A DNA stretch of 64,000 nt from Candidatus Hadarchaeota archaeon (GTDB lineage: Archaea; CAYQAE01; CAYVLA01): NCBI GenBank assembly GCA_964621445.1, contig CAZUNO010000016.1:8929-72928 (forward strand), given 5' to 3'. Below, piece after piece: positions 47,536 to 58,506 of this stretch; position 1 is the first letter of the stretch; each line of letters starts with the position of its first letter. The position numbers and the translations under genes are program-made. Below the pieces are notes generated by a model, which was not told where the DNA came from, made no database searches, and saw only the letters and a program-made list of their open reading frames with translations.

Positions 47536-49410
47536 TTGGGAAAGATACTCGGAATAGATCTTGGAACTACAAACTCGCAATGTGCGGTTCTGGAAGGCGG
47601 AAAACCGACCATAGTTCCCTCGGCGGAGGGGCCAACCTATGCTGGAAAGATGTTCCCCTCCGCAGTGTGCTTTACGGAGGATGGCCAGGTATTGGTCGGC
47701 GAACCGGCCCGCAGACAGGCCTCCATGAAGCCGGACAGGACGATAGTTGGCATAAAGAGAAAGATGGGAACCGACTACAAGGTGAAGATCGACGACAAAG
47801 AATATACCCCACAGGAGATATCGGCCAGGATTCTACGCAAGATAAAGGACGATGCCACTGATTTCCTGGGAGAGGAGGCAAAACAGGCGGTGATAACGGT
47901 TCCCGCATACTTCAATGACAATCAAAGGCAGGCAACCAAGGATGCGGGAGAGATAGCAGGGCTCGAGGTTCTGAGAATAGTAAACGAGCCAACTGCCGCT
48001 GCTTTGGCATACGGCCTGGACAAGGAAGGAAGCCTTAAGGTGACCATCCTGGACGTGGGAGGGGGGACCTTCGACGTCACCATAATGGATATAGGGGAAG
48101 GAGTTTTCGAGGTCCTTTCCACCAGCGGTGATACCCAGCTCGGGGGCAGCGACATGGATCAGAAGGTCGTCGAATGGATAGTTGACAGGTTCGAAGAGGA
48201 GAACGGAATAGATCTCCGTGAGGACCAGACGGCCATGCAAAGAGTTCGTGAGGGTGCGGAAAAGGCTAAGATAGAGCTGTCGAACACGGTTACCTCCCAG
48301 ATAAGCCTGCCCTTCATCGCCAGCGATGATCAGGGACCGAAGAACCTGGAGATAGAGCTCACCCGTGCCAAGCTGGAGGAGCTCATAGACCCAGTCCTGG
48401 ACCAGCTTGAGCCACCAATTCGAACCGCGCTTAAGGACTCCAAGCTAACACCGGATGATGTTGATAAGATAATCCTGGTTGGAGGACCAACCAGGATGCC
48501 CTCCGTTAGGGAGAGGTTCTCCAACATACTGGGAACCAAGCCCGAGAGGGGAATCGATCCAATGGAGTGCGTTGCCATGGGAGCGGCCATCCAGGGCGGA
48601 GTTCTCTCCGGAGAGGTAAAGGATGTGTTGTTGCTGGATGTGACTCCTCTGACCCTGGGCATAGAGACCCTGGGCGGGGTATTCACCAAGCTGATCGAGC
48701 GAAATACCACCATACCGACCAGGAAGAGCAAGATATTCAGCACGGCGGCCGATAACCAGACCAGCGTTGAGATCCACGTGCTCCAGGGAGAGAGGGAAAT
48801 GGCCCAGGACAACATCTCCCTGGGCAAATTCACCCTTGTGGGAATTCCTCCCGCTCCCCGAGGCGTGCCACAGATCGAGGTGACCTTCGATATAGATGCA
48901 AACGGCATCCTTAACGTGAGCGCCAAGGATCTGGGAACCGGGAAGGAACAGAAGATCACCATAAGCGCCTCCACAAAGCTGGGTGATGATGAAATCGACA
49001 GGATGATGAAGGAGGCCGATAAGCACTCCGAGGAGGACAAGAAGAGGCGGGAGTTGGCAGAGGCCAGGAACAATGCGGACAGCGCCGTGTACTCGGCCGA
49101 GAAGACGCTCAAGGAGATGGAGGACAAGATCAGCGACGATCAGAAATCCTCTATCGAGAAGGGCGTGGAGTCGGTAAAGGAGGCCATGTCCAGCGAGGAC
49201 GTTTCAAAGATCAATGAAAGTGTGGAGGAACTCAACAAGTCTCTGCACGAGGTTTCATCCAAGATATACCAGGAGGCGGCAGCCGAGGCTGCGAAACAGG
49301 GCGAGGCCGAGCAGGGCGAGAAAGAGGAAAATAAATCCGGTCAGGCCGGCAAGCAAGGCGATGAATTCGTGGACGCCGATTACGAGGTAATGGATGACGA
49401 AGAGGAATGA
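47536..49410 (+). CDS. dnaK: chaperone DnaK (Hsp70)
   Basis: [59 protein letters not shown]. Confidence 0.98.
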   Translation: MGKILGIDLGTTNSQCAVLEGGKPTIVPSAEGPTYAGKMFPSAVCFTEDGQVLVGEPARRQASMKPDRTIVGIKRKMGTDYKVKIDDKEYTPQEISARILRKIKDDATDFLGEEAKQAVITVPAYFNDNQRQATKDAGEIAGLEVLRIVNEPTAAALAYGLDKEGSLKVTILDVGGGTFDVTIMDIGEGVFEVLSTSGDTQLGGSDMDQKVVEWIVDRFEEENGIDLREDQTAMQRVREGAEKAKIELSNTVTSQISLPFIASDDQGPKNLEIELTRAKLEELIDPVLDQLEPPIRTALKDSKLTPDDVDKIILVGGPTRMPSVRERFSNILGTKPERGIDPMECVAMGAAIQGGVLSGEVKDVLLLDVTPLTLGIETLGGVFTKLIERNTTIPTRKSKIFSTAADNQTSVEIHVLQGEREMAQDNISLGKFTLVGIPPAPRGVPQIEVTFDIDANGILNVSAKDLGTGKEQKITISASTKLGDDEIDRMMKEADKHSEEDKKRRELAEARNNADSAVYSAEKTLKEMEDKISDDQKSSIEKGVESVKEAMSSEDVSKINESVEELNKSLHEVSSKIYQEAAAEAAKQGEAEQGEKEENKSGQAGKQGDEFVDADYEVMDDEEE

Positions 49411-49431
49411 TCACAGCCTGGGTGTTACTGA

Positions 49432-50592
49432 TTGGCCAAAAAGCGCGACTACTACGATGTTCTAGGGGTGTCCAGAGACGCGAGTACCGAGGAGATAAAG
49501 CGCGCATATAGAAGACTTGCTAAGAAGTACCATCCTGACAGGAACAAGGACAACGTAGAGGAGGCCGAGGAGAAGTTCAAGGAGGTCTCCGAGGCCTATG
49601 AAGTCCTGGCCGATGATCAGAAGCGTTCCAGGTATGACCGATACGGCTTCTCCGGTATCAGCGACGAGTTCAGCGAGGGAGGATTTGACTGGTCGGATTT
49701 CAGCCACTTCGGGGACATAAACGACATCTTCGGCGGAGGGTTTACTAATTTCTTTGGCGGGGATTCGATATTCGATATGTTCTTCAGCGGGGGAGGCCGG
49801 GGTGGAAGAGGCCGCGGGTCGGACATCCGCTATGATATGGAGATAAGCTTCGAGGAAGCGGCCTTCGGGACCGAGAAGGACATTCAGATAAGGCGGGAGG
49901 ACAGCTGCCCGAGCTGCGGTGGAACTGGCGCCCGGGATGGAACCGCCCTGAGGACATGTCCTCAATGCGGGGGTAGGGGACAGGTCCGTGATGTCCAGAG
50001 CAGAGGTTACAGCCAATTCGTACGAATACATCCATGCTCCAAATGCGGCGGCAAGGGGCAGATAATCGAGGAGAGGTGCCCGGAATGCGGTGGTTCGGGT
50101 AAGGTCAGGCGAATGAGGAAGATCTCCGTAAATGTTCCCGCCGGGGTGGATGACGGGTCCCGGCTCAGACTCAACGGAGAGGGTCAGAGTGGCGAGGGTG
50201 GTGGACCACCCGGGGATCTATACGTGGTTATCCACGTCAGGCCCCACGAGATCTTTGAGAGGGATGGGGCGGAGATACTAGTTGAGGTCCCGGTTGACTA
50301 CCCGACCCTGGTCCTGGGTGGAGGGATCCAGGTCCCGACCCTGGAGGGTAAGGCCAAGGTAAAGATCCCCAAGGGTACCAAGAGTGGAACCGTTCTCAGA
50401 CTCAGGGGCAAGGGGGTCCCCGATCTCAAGAGGGGAGGTAAGGGGGACCAACACGTTAGGGTAGTCGTGGACATACCGGAAGACCTATCGGGTAGGCAGA
50501 AGGAGCTAATCGAGGAGCTGGGCTCCATGGAGGGGGACGGGGAAGAGAAGAAGGACAGAGGGTTATTCGATAGACTTAGGAGTAAGGACTAA
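49432..50592 (+). CDS. dnaJ: chaperone DnaJ
   Basis: J-domain HPD, G/F region, four CxxCxGxG repeats. Confidence 0.98.
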   Translation: MAKKRDYYDVLGVSRDASTEEIKRAYRRLAKKYHPDRNKDNVEEAEEKFKEVSEAYEVLADDQKRSRYDRYGFSGISDEFSEGGFDWSDFSHFGDINDIFGGGFTNFFGGDSIFDMFFSGGGRGGRGRGSDIRYDMEISFEEAAFGTEKDIQIRREDSCPSCGGTGARDGTALRTCPQCGGRGQVRDVQSRGYSQFVRIHPCSKCGGKGQIIEERCPECGGSGKVRRMRKISVNVPAGVDDGSRLRLNGEGQSGEGGGPPGDLYVVIHVRPHEIFERDGAEILVEVPVDYPTLVLGGGIQVPTLEGKAKVKIPKGTKSGTVLRLRGKGVPDLKRGGKGDQHVRVVVDIPEDLSGRQKELIEELGSMEGDGEEKKDRGLFDRLRSKD

Positions 50593-50635
50593 GGTAGGTA
50601 TAATTGGCTAGCAAGGTAATACGGAGGTTTAGGAA

Positions 50636-51199
50636 ATGAGGATCTCTGGTATACTGGGAAGCCGTGATACAGAGGGAAGAACCAGCCGAGCATGTGGCTC
50701 TTTTCTGGAGGGATTTGCAGAAAGCGGTTGGGAGCATGATTCGGTCTTCCTAACCCATATGAATATAGAGAGATGTCGCCAATGTGATGATGATGGGTGG
50801 GGTGAGTGCAGGCAGGGTACCTGTGTAATTGATGATGACTTCGACTCCGTGGTGAGGGAGATCAGGGGCTCCGATGCCATACTCTTTGCAACCCCCGTCT
50901 ACTACTCGGATCTCAGTGAGAGCATGCGTGCTTTCCTGGACAGGTTGAGAAGGATAGTAAGGGTCAGCAAGGAAGGAGTTCAGGGTAAGCCCGCATTCGG
51001 GATATGTGTAGCGGGGGGAGGTGGGGGAGGGGCTCCCTTGTGCACAGCCCGACTTACCGAAATACTTGATAAATGCGGTTTCGATGTTTTAGATATGGTC
51101 CCTGCCAGGAGACAGAACCTGGAGATCAAGTTAACCATTCTCAAGAAAACGGGAGCCTGGTTCGGCCAGGAGCTAGGTTCATCGACTACCCATGAGTGA
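50636..51199 (+). CDS. iron-sulfur flavoprotein / multimeric flavodoxin
   Basis: GS...GRT, CRQC.......C....CVIDDD, ATPVYY. Confidence 0.85.
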   Translation: MRISGILGSRDTEGRTSRACGSFLEGFAESGWEHDSVFLTHMNIERCRQCDDDGWGECRQGTCVIDDDFDSVVREIRGSDAILFATPVYYSDLSESMRAFLDRLRRIVRVSKEGVQGKPAFGICVAGGGGGGAPLCTARLTEILDKCGFDVLDMVPARRQNLEIKLTILKKTGAWFGQELGSSTTHE

Positions 51200-51259
51200 G
51201 AGCCCGCATCGGATCCTGGAAACGAAAAAGAGAAATGCAGGCATTTCATTGGGAAGGGC

Positions 51260-53965
51260 ATGGCCAGGATTACCTCCCTTGTGCTTCCTCTATTAGTGAT
51301 CATCGCGCTATCTCCCTGCGTTCTGGGCGAGGAGAGAATTGACTGGCCCATGTGGAGGGGAGACCGCAATAACTCCGGGCACTTCCCTCTGCCCGGGAAC
51401 ATGAACCGAACCCCCGATGTACTCTGGAAACACTTTACGGGTGGATACGCGGACCAGGCCATCGGGTGGGATGTGAATGGTGACGGCGAAGAGGAGGTAA
51501 TCCTGCTCTCAGCAGGAATGATCAGGGCAGTCTCTAAATCCGGAGAGGAACTTTGGTCCACGTCCTCCTTGGGCCTGAGTGGCTTGCTGGGTGTGGAGGA
51601 CCTGGGTGGTGATGGCCTCATGGACCTTATTGCCTGCAGGTCCTCGACAATCACCATATTCGTCCTGGATCTGGAGACGGGAAGTATCAACTGGAATCAC
51701 ACGTTTCCCTCTCCCTCTTCCGGTATCGGACGGCCTGGATTCAAGATCGCCAACATATCGGGTAGGTTCGAGGGACCGGAAATCATTGTCTGGCCATCAA
51801 AGTCAAGCATTGGCTACGCTTTCGGGTTCGTCAATGGGTGCGGGGAACTTTTATGGCAGGCGAATGCCTCCCAGACCAGGAATTTTCCACCCCCCATAGC
51901 GGTAGCTGATCTGGATCTGGACGGAACCAAGGAACTGGTCCTGGCCACCTTTGAAAGGATATACTCCTTTGACGGGGAAACCGGTGAGCCCAAGATGTCG
52001 ATACATTCACCGGGCATCAATCGCAACTACGGTATAATCTACGTTCTTAATCTAGATGAGGATCCCTACCCCGAGATACCGGTCCTCTGCTCAAACCTCA
52101 ACGAGCATCTCTGGATGGTGGACAACGATGGAAGTAACCTTTCCGAGATGTGGGACGTCTTTTTCGAGTACTCCTACCCGGAGGACCATAAGGAGCTGCG
52201 TATAACCGTGGACTCGGTGTGTGACGTGGACCGGGATGAGGACATGGAGATCGTGTTCAGCATCTTTGACTCATCCGCCGACGGCAGGTGGCAAACCAAG
52301 ATATGGGATGCTTTGACCGGGGAGGAGGAGATGGACATTCCGGACCATTATCTCATGCATATTGCAGACCTCGATGGCGATGGAATGGACGAGGTGGTGA
52401 CCAGTGAGCAGTATGGAAGAAGCACGAGATATCACTCCAATGTTACCATATGGAGGGATGCGGCTCCGGCAGAAATTCTAAGAAACTGTGGTCTGGTTGA
52501 GGACAGGTGGGCGCCGTTCCCCGAGGGGATCAACAGCATTGCCAGCATAGAAAGGTGGATGGAGACGGATGATGGTTACCTGATAAGGGCCAACGGCTCG
52601 CTGGGCGTTCTTAATTTAAACGAAGGCGGTGCCGAGATTAACTGGATTTTGGATGAATCCAGAATCCAGGCCTCATTGAGCATAAAGGGTGTCTTCGAGG
52701 GGAGCGGGATAATTGCCAGCGGGAACGACGGACTGCTAAGGGTCTATGATGGGGGCGGGAACCTGGTCACCAGCTGCGAGACTGGCGGGTTTCTGCCCTA
52801 CCCCACGGCCGCCGATGTTGATGGGGATGGACTGTCCGAGGTGCTGGTCAGGAGAAGCGACGGGCATCACATGATCCTGGAGTCAAATGGGTCGGAGAAA
52901 TGCCGGTTCTCGGCATTCTCGAGAAGTGCCAAGTTTAGCAAGGACGGGTCCCTGATTTCATGGGATATCGATGGTAATGGGGATATGGAGATAATTGCCG
53001 CCGGGGATGGATCGCTTAAGCTGCTGGATGCCCAGGGAGTGGAGAAGAGGAAGTACGAGATGCCCTCCAGGCCCTACGACTGGACGGTGGGAAACGTCAC
53101 CGGAGATGATTACTGGGATCTATTCGTCTCCTGCTTGGGAAGTGGTCCCCACACCGCCCAGACCATGGCCCTGGACGGGGAGACAGGGGAGATCATATGG
53201 GAAAAGGACTGGGGACCCTACGCCGGGTTCATCGGAATTATGGACTACGATGAGGACGGCCTTGATGACCTGGTGGTCAGGGAACACTTTGATTTCTACG
53301 TGATTATTGGACCCACGGGAAGGGAGAAAAAGGGTAAGGACCTCTGTGGTTACCATGTCCCCATTATAACGGATGTCGAGGGAGACGGGACCACCGAGGT
53401 AATCTGGGGAGGAGGATGGGGGAGCCTGTCCATGGATCGGAAACGTAAGATTGAGAATGAGTACGGTAAGTTCCTGTACATGACCCAGATATGGGTCAAC
53501 CTATTCGGGGGAGGGGATAGCAGGGAGGTTTACGGGCAGATTCCCGGAGTTGCGGATATAGATGGCGACGGGATTAAAGAGATCGGGGCAGGCAATTCCA
53601 ATGGCACCCTCCATATCTTCGGGGGCGAGAAGGGGGAACTCGAGGACGATTATTGGCTAGGATCAACTCCCTCGGATGTGGTGAGCTGTGACATAGATTC
53701 GGATGATTTGCCGGAGTTCATATTCGGAACCCGGGATGGAAGTTTGATCTCCTTGGGAGCGGAGGGTATGGAGTGGGAGTACGATTTTGGATATGGGGTC
53801 GGAGATCCCATAATATGTGACCTCGACCTTGACGGGATGGCCGATATATTGGTGCCGGTGATGGATGGGAACCTATATGCCCTTCACATCGGGGAAATGA
53901 ATTCCTGCTCGCTTCTTGCCTTTACCTTGATCGTCTGGATACTCTGTAAATGGGGAAGGTCCTAG
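51260..53965 (+). CDS. secreted FG-GAP/PQQ-like beta-propeller surface protein with C-terminal anchor
   Basis: Signal peptide, WPMWRGD..NSG, many DxDGDGxxE repeats, C-terminal IGE followed by TM. Confidence 0.85.
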   Translation: MARITSLVLPLLVIIALSPCVLGEERIDWPMWRGDRNNSGHFPLPGNMNRTPDVLWKHFTGGYADQAIGWDVNGDGEEEVILLSAGMIRAVSKSGEELWSTSSLGLSGLLGVEDLGGDGLMDLIACRSSTITIFVLDLETGSINWNHTFPSPSSGIGRPGFKIANISGRFEGPEIIVWPSKSSIGYAFGFVNGCGELLWQANASQTRNFPPPIAVADLDLDGTKELVLATFERIYSFDGETGEPKMSIHSPGINRNYGIIYVLNLDEDPYPEIPVLCSNLNEHLWMVDNDGSNLSEMWDVFFEYSYPEDHKELRITVDSVCDVDRDEDMEIVFSIFDSSADGRWQTKIWDALTGEEEMDIPDHYLMHIADLDGDGMDEVVTSEQYGRSTRYHSNVTIWRDAAPAEILRNCGLVEDRWAPFPEGINSIASIERWMETDDGYLIRANGSLGVLNLNEGGAEINWILDESRIQASLSIKGVFEGSGIIASGNDGLLRVYDGGGNLVTSCETGGFLPYPTAADVDGDGLSEVLVRRSDGHHMILESNGSEKCRFSAFSRSAKFSKDGSLISWDIDGNGDMEIIAAGDGSLKLLDAQGVEKRKYEMPSRPYDWTVGNVTGDDYWDLFVSCLGSGPHTAQTMALDGETGEIIWEKDWGPYAGFIGIMDYDEDGLDDLVVREHFDFYVIIGPTGREKKGKDLCGYHVPIITDVEGDGTTEVIWGGGWGSLSMDRKRKIENEYGKFLYMTQIWVNLFGGGDSREVYGQIPGVADIDGDGIKEIGAGNSNGTLHIFGGEKGELEDDYWLGSTPSDVVSCDIDSDDLPEFIFGTRDGSLISLGAEGMEWEYDFGYGVGDPIICDLDLDGMADILVPVMDGNLYALHIGEMNSCSLLAFTLIVWILCKWGRS

Positions 53966-54021
53966 TCACCGGGCAAAGAGATATACGTATGTCTAAACGA
54001 ATCGTAGGGTGGGGTAGAAAT

Positions 54022-55389
54022 ATGATAGATGTACGAGAGACGGGTGCGCTGGGCGATGGAGAGACCAAGGATACTCAGGCCATACAGACTGCAATTGACG
54101 CTTGCCAGGAGAACGGAGGGGGGACCGTCCATTTTCCTGCCGGAAGGTATCTTTCAGGAACCATCACCATGGGCAGTAATGTGATTCTCCATCTCGATGG
54201 TGGGGCAAAACTGCTGGCCTCAAGGGACCCCAGTGACTACCCCGAATCCCGGGCCCTTTTGTGGGCCGAGGACGAGGAAAACCTGTCCATCATGGGTACG
54301 GGGACCATCGACGGCCAGACCACGGCCGATCTGGGAAGGAGGCCCGGGCATGCCGGGGAGGAGAAGCCCTCCTTCAGGACCAGGATGGCTCTATTTGAAA
54401 ATTGCGAGAAGCTCCGGGTGCGGGATGTGACCATGCAGAACAGCGACTCCTGGACCCTTCACCTTCGACATTGCCAGGACGCCGTCGTGGACGGGGTGAC
54501 AGTGCTCAACAACTATTTCAGGACGAATACCGACGGCATCAACCCGGATACCTGCCAAAACGTACGTATCTCGAACTGCCACATCGTGGCCGGGGATGAC
54601 TGCATCTGCCTAAAATCCCGGGACGGGGGTTCATGCGAGGACATCGTGGTTACCAATTGCACCACTGAGTCCATAGCCACGGCCATAAAACTGGGCACCG
54701 AGTCCAGCGGGGATTTCCGCGACATCCTGGTCAACAACTGCACGATACGTAACTCAACGGTGGGACTGGGGATCTTCGTCAAGGACGGGGGGACCGTGGA
54801 ACGGGTTACCTTCTCGAACATCTCCATCCGCACCCTGGATGACCCCGCCCTGGTCAACGCCCCCCGACTTGGGGAGGCTATTTACCCAATTTTCTTCGAC
54901 CTGGAGAGAAGGACCGATGAATCCCCGGTAGGAGAGATTAGGGACGTTTCCGTTAGCAATATCCATATTCGCAGCGAAAACGGGGTTCTGATACAGGGTA
55001 TGGAGGAGAGTCCCATTCTAGGGCTGTCCATGGAAAACGTTAATTTCAGGGTGAACCGTGGATTTGACTTCTCCAGGAGAAGGAAACACGCCGGGGGCCG
55101 GGCAAATCCCGATGATGACCGCATCACGGTTTTCGCGCGAAAACCCTCCTATGTAACGCTGGCCAACGCAGAACGGTTTGCCATCTCCGATATTAGGGTA
55201 ATGATCGATGAGAAGGCACTCGAGGATTATGGACGCTCTGCGCTGTACATGCACGGCTGTGTGGAGGGATCGGTTAGAGATGTGGTGCGCTGGCCAAGGG
55301 GAGATGAGGGACAGGAAACCATGCCCGCGGTGAGCTTCGATAACTGTAAGGGGGTTTCGGTGGGGCGGAAATTTCAGAAAAAACCTTGA
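54022..55389 (+). CDS. glycoside hydrolase family 28 (pectin lyase-like beta-helix)
   Basis: GA.GDG..DT.AIQ.AID, NTDG, GDDCI..KS, KLGTES. Confidence 0.88.
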   Translation: MIDVRETGALGDGETKDTQAIQTAIDACQENGGGTVHFPAGRYLSGTITMGSNVILHLDGGAKLLASRDPSDYPESRALLWAEDEENLSIMGTGTIDGQTTADLGRRPGHAGEEKPSFRTRMALFENCEKLRVRDVTMQNSDSWTLHLRHCQDAVVDGVTVLNNYFRTNTDGINPDTCQNVRISNCHIVAGDDCICLKSRDGGSCEDIVVTNCTTESIATAIKLGTESSGDFRDILVNNCTIRNSTVGLGIFVKDGGTVERVTFSNISIRTLDDPALVNAPRLGEAIYPIFFDLERRTDESPVGEIRDVSVSNIHIRSENGVLIQGMEESPILGLSMENVNFRVNRGFDFSRRRKHAGGRANPDDDRITVFARKPSYVTLANAERFAISDIRVMIDEKALEDYGRSALYMHGCVEGSVRDVVRWPRGDEGQETMPAVSFDNCKGVSVGRKFQKKP

Positions 55390-55410
55390 CTCCGGGAAGC
55401 TTAATAAGCA

Positions 55411-56673
55411 ATGGCCCTGGAAGCGGGGAGTATGATTTCCGATCGTGATGGTGAGATTCTACGGGATCTTGCTGTTAAGGTTGCCGAGATAGGGGACCTC
55501 GCGATACAGGAGGAACGCCGCGATCTCTGGACCATGCACAATGACCTTCAAAAAACCCGCCCCATGGTTCTCGTCTTTCCCGAGGGATCCTGGAGGGAGC
55601 TTCTGCCCGAGGAGGGACTCGCCTGCCAAGGAGAGGAAGCCAGGAAGATGGAATGGGACCTGAGACACCGGATCTACTATCACCAGCATTTCCAGGATGA
55701 CACGGTGATAGAGCCCATCTGGATCGTTGGAAAGGTCATTCACAATTCGGGTTGGGGGCTTGAAGGCAAGAGAATCCCCAGCACCGAAGAGCGCGGGTCC
55801 TGGAAATTTGACCCTGTAATAAACGATCCTTCGGACCTGGAAAATCTGAACTTCCCAAAGATAAGCTACGACCAGGAGGCGACTGAGCTAAAACTGGCGC
55901 AGGCCGAGGATCTTTTTGGGGATATACTTGGTATCAGGCTGAAGGGAATTTCCAGGATATCCTATCACCTCATGAACCAGTACACCGCCTGGCGCGGCCT
56001 GAAACCGATGATAACCGACATGTATCGGAATCCGGATATGCTCCACCAGGCAATGGGCTTCCTGGTTGAGGGACACCAGCGGGTTCTAGAACAGTACGTG
56101 GAGCAGGACCTATTGTCGTTGAATGATGACAACACCTACCATAGCTCGGGAGGCAATGGCTATACCAATGAGCTACCCAAGCCGGGCTTTGACGGAAAAC
56201 ACGTGCGGCCCCGCGACATGTGGGCAAGCGCGGAGGCCCAGGAGATGGCCGAGATAAGCCCCAAGCAGCACGCGGAGTTTTCTCTGAGGTACGAGAAGAA
56301 GCTCCTCGAACCGTTTGGCCTGAACGGATACGGCTGCTGCGAGGATCTCACCCAGAAACTGGATGACGTGTTCACCATCAACAACTTGAGGCGGATATCC
56401 ATTTCTCCCTTTGCCGATGTGGATAGCTGCGCGGAGCAGCTGGGTGGGGATTACATATTCTCCTGGAAGCCCCGGCCAACCCACCTGGTTGGCACCTTCA
56501 ACGAGAAGCTAATCCGCAAGTATATCCGCCACACCATAGATGTTGCCCGGAAGAACGATTGCGTTCTGGAGATGATTCTCAAGGATACTCACACCTGCGA
56601 GAATCAGACCGAGAGATTTGACGATTGGACCCGTATAGCGAGGGAAGAGGTGAAGAGATCCGAGAATAGTTAG
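55411..56673 (+). CDS. UroD/MtaA-like TIM-barrel protein
   Basis: W..HN.L...RP, WRG, YGCCE, ISISP, WKP.P, LKDTHT; start may be 55432. Confidence 0.7.
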   Translation: MALEAGSMISDRDGEILRDLAVKVAEIGDLAIQEERRDLWTMHNDLQKTRPMVLVFPEGSWRELLPEEGLACQGEEARKMEWDLRHRIYYHQHFQDDTVIEPIWIVGKVIHNSGWGLEGKRIPSTEERGSWKFDPVINDPSDLENLNFPKISYDQEATELKLAQAEDLFGDILGIRLKGISRISYHLMNQYTAWRGLKPMITDMYRNPDMLHQAMGFLVEGHQRVLEQYVEQDLLSLNDDNTYHSSGGNGYTNELPKPGFDGKHVRPRDMWASAEAQEMAEISPKQHAEFSLRYEKKLLEPFGLNGYGCCEDLTQKLDDVFTINNLRRISISPFADVDSCAEQLGGDYIFSWKPRPTHLVGTFNEKLIRKYIRHTIDVARKNDCVLEMILKDTHTCENQTERFDDWTRIAREEVKRSENS

Positions 56674-56825
56674 GGCTCGTTTCTTCCATCCCATAACGAG
56701 GTATTGGGCTGAAATCATCTAATGAGATGGCTATGGATGGGACAGGATTGATTTTCTCTCATGGCGCGACTTGGGGATAGCTCGTGCTTAAGACTCAATA
56801 TTTTAGGGAAATTGTGGGAAAGCCC

Positions 56826-58301
56826 TTACATATCTGGTTCTTCCCATAGGCGGTCTATGATCTCCACCGTTCTTTCCGCGAGCTTCCAGCCTCCCCGGGG
56901 GCCGATCGGGTTGCTGGCGGGAATAGAACCATAACCGCCTCCCTTTGTGGACCGCTCACTGGGCACATAGGTGCCGGGTCCAGCCAGCTGCACGAGAAAG
57001 GTCTGCACGGCTCTGCTTCGGGCCTTGATGTGGATTCCGAAGTCCAGATAGTATTCGAAGGGATTGGTGGCAAACGCCATTTCTCCCAAACGAATAACAT
57101 GAAGCTCTTTGGAAAGGGTCGAAACTTCCCCTTGCTTGTATCGCGCCACGACACCCTCGAACCAACGCATACGTCGATAGAGGGAGGTGATCGTACGGTA
57201 CCAGTGGTTTTCGTTTCGAAGGAGGGGATCGGATTCTAGTTTCTGTCTTTCCTCTTGGTATCTTTTTCTAAGTAACTCGGCTTCCTGCGATGCTTCCAGC
57301 GCATTTTTCTGGGTTAATTCGGTCATAGGAAGTTCGATTAGCTCTGCGTGATGTTGAAGTATGGTTTGGTGCTGGATTGCTTTGCCGGCGGACTGTAGAG
57401 TCTCTACCACACCGCTGGAGATGCGGTGGGCGATCTCCTGACGCTCCGTGCGACCGGTTAATGATCGCATCCTCTCCGCGGATTGTTTTTCAAATAAGAG
57501 GTGTGGGGACTGGTCTCCTGCCGCGCTGCATTGAGCCAGGATGGGTAACCCTTCGCCCACCCGATGTCGCAGTTCACCTCGGGTTTCGAACCAGTAATCG
57601 GCACTTAGGGTAAAATCAAGCTCGCTGACCTGTGCCGGGCAGGGCACATTAACCACTAGCCCGGAGAGAGATTCGTTTTCTGAATAGGTGGCCAGGATAT
57701 TGACGCTGTGATCCTCATATCCTTCGATATGGCTGAAATCCGCGACATCGGTATTGCCATACATCATGGATTTACCGTCTCTATCTACCCAACGACGGTT
57801 GCGACCGACCACTGCGTAGGCTTGGCCGAAGGCTATTCCTCCGGGAGATCGCGATGCCCAGGCAGCAAGAACTGCATGGGCGATCTTTTCCGCGGCAAAC
57901 TGGACATAGTCTTCAATGGCTAATACCGGCAGATCGATTCCTACATCGATGGGGGGATGATTTTCCCCCCTTGGGACCCTGGTCTCGGGACCAGTGTGGG
58001 TGTGGGTGGCGTGCAGGATCATCATAAAGGGGTCCAATCCATCCAATCCGTCCTCGGATTGCAGTTTTGCGCGTACGGAGTTGCGCAGATAATCGGAGAT
58101 CGAAACCAAGTCACAGCTGACAAGGACGAAGTGGTTTGCATCGGCTTCAATTGCCAGAACGGTGGCAGTTATGGGATCGGCGACACCCTCGGATACCCGT
58201 GCGTGGAATTGTCCTGCTATCAACACCGGTTCCGATGGGGTGATGTCGGCTTCTGCCCATCCGATATTCAACTGTTCTGCCTTTACCGTTTTCAATGGCA
58301 T
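56826..58301 (-). CDS. neutral-ceramidase-superfamily-like hydrolase
   Basis: G.A..DITP, DP..ATVL, ATHTHTGP, NRR, SADY, GDQSP, NPFE. Confidence 0.7.
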   Translation of the reverse strand: MPLKTVKAEQLNIGWAEADITPSEPVLIAGQFHARVSEGVADPITATVLAIEADANHFVLVSCDLVSISDYLRNSVRAKLQSEDGLDGLDPFMMILHATHTHTGPETRVPRGENHPPIDVGIDLPVLAIEDYVQFAAEKIAHAVLAAWASRSPGGIAFGQAYAVVGRNRRWVDRDGKSMMYGNTDVADFSHIEGYEDHSVNILATYSENESLSGLVVNVPCPAQVSELDFTLSADYWFETRGELRHRVGEGLPILAQCSAAGDQSPHLLFEKQSAERMRSLTGRTERQEIAHRISSGVVETLQSAGKAIQHQTILQHHAELIELPMTELTQKNALEASQEAELLRKRYQEERQKLESDPLLRNENHWYRTITSLYRRMRWFEGVVARYKQGEVSTLSKELHVIRLGEMAFATNPFEYYLDFGIHIKARSRAVQTFLVQLAGPGTYVPSERSTKGGGYGSIPASNPIGPRGGWKLAERTVEIIDRLWEEPDM

Positions 58302-58506
58302 CCTTGTTGAGAACAGTATTTGAAAATCTATGGTATTGTTATGATGGAAATAATTACGGGGTGTGGGAGGAAACCATTCAAGCTGAGATTAACCGAGAAA
58401 ATATGGGGAGCCGTCCAGGTAGACGGGGGTGCCGCCCGGGTATGTGGCGTTGACGCCTGAGGGTATCGAGACCCCGATGTCAGGTTCCAGTCTATCCGCT
58501 CGGCTT

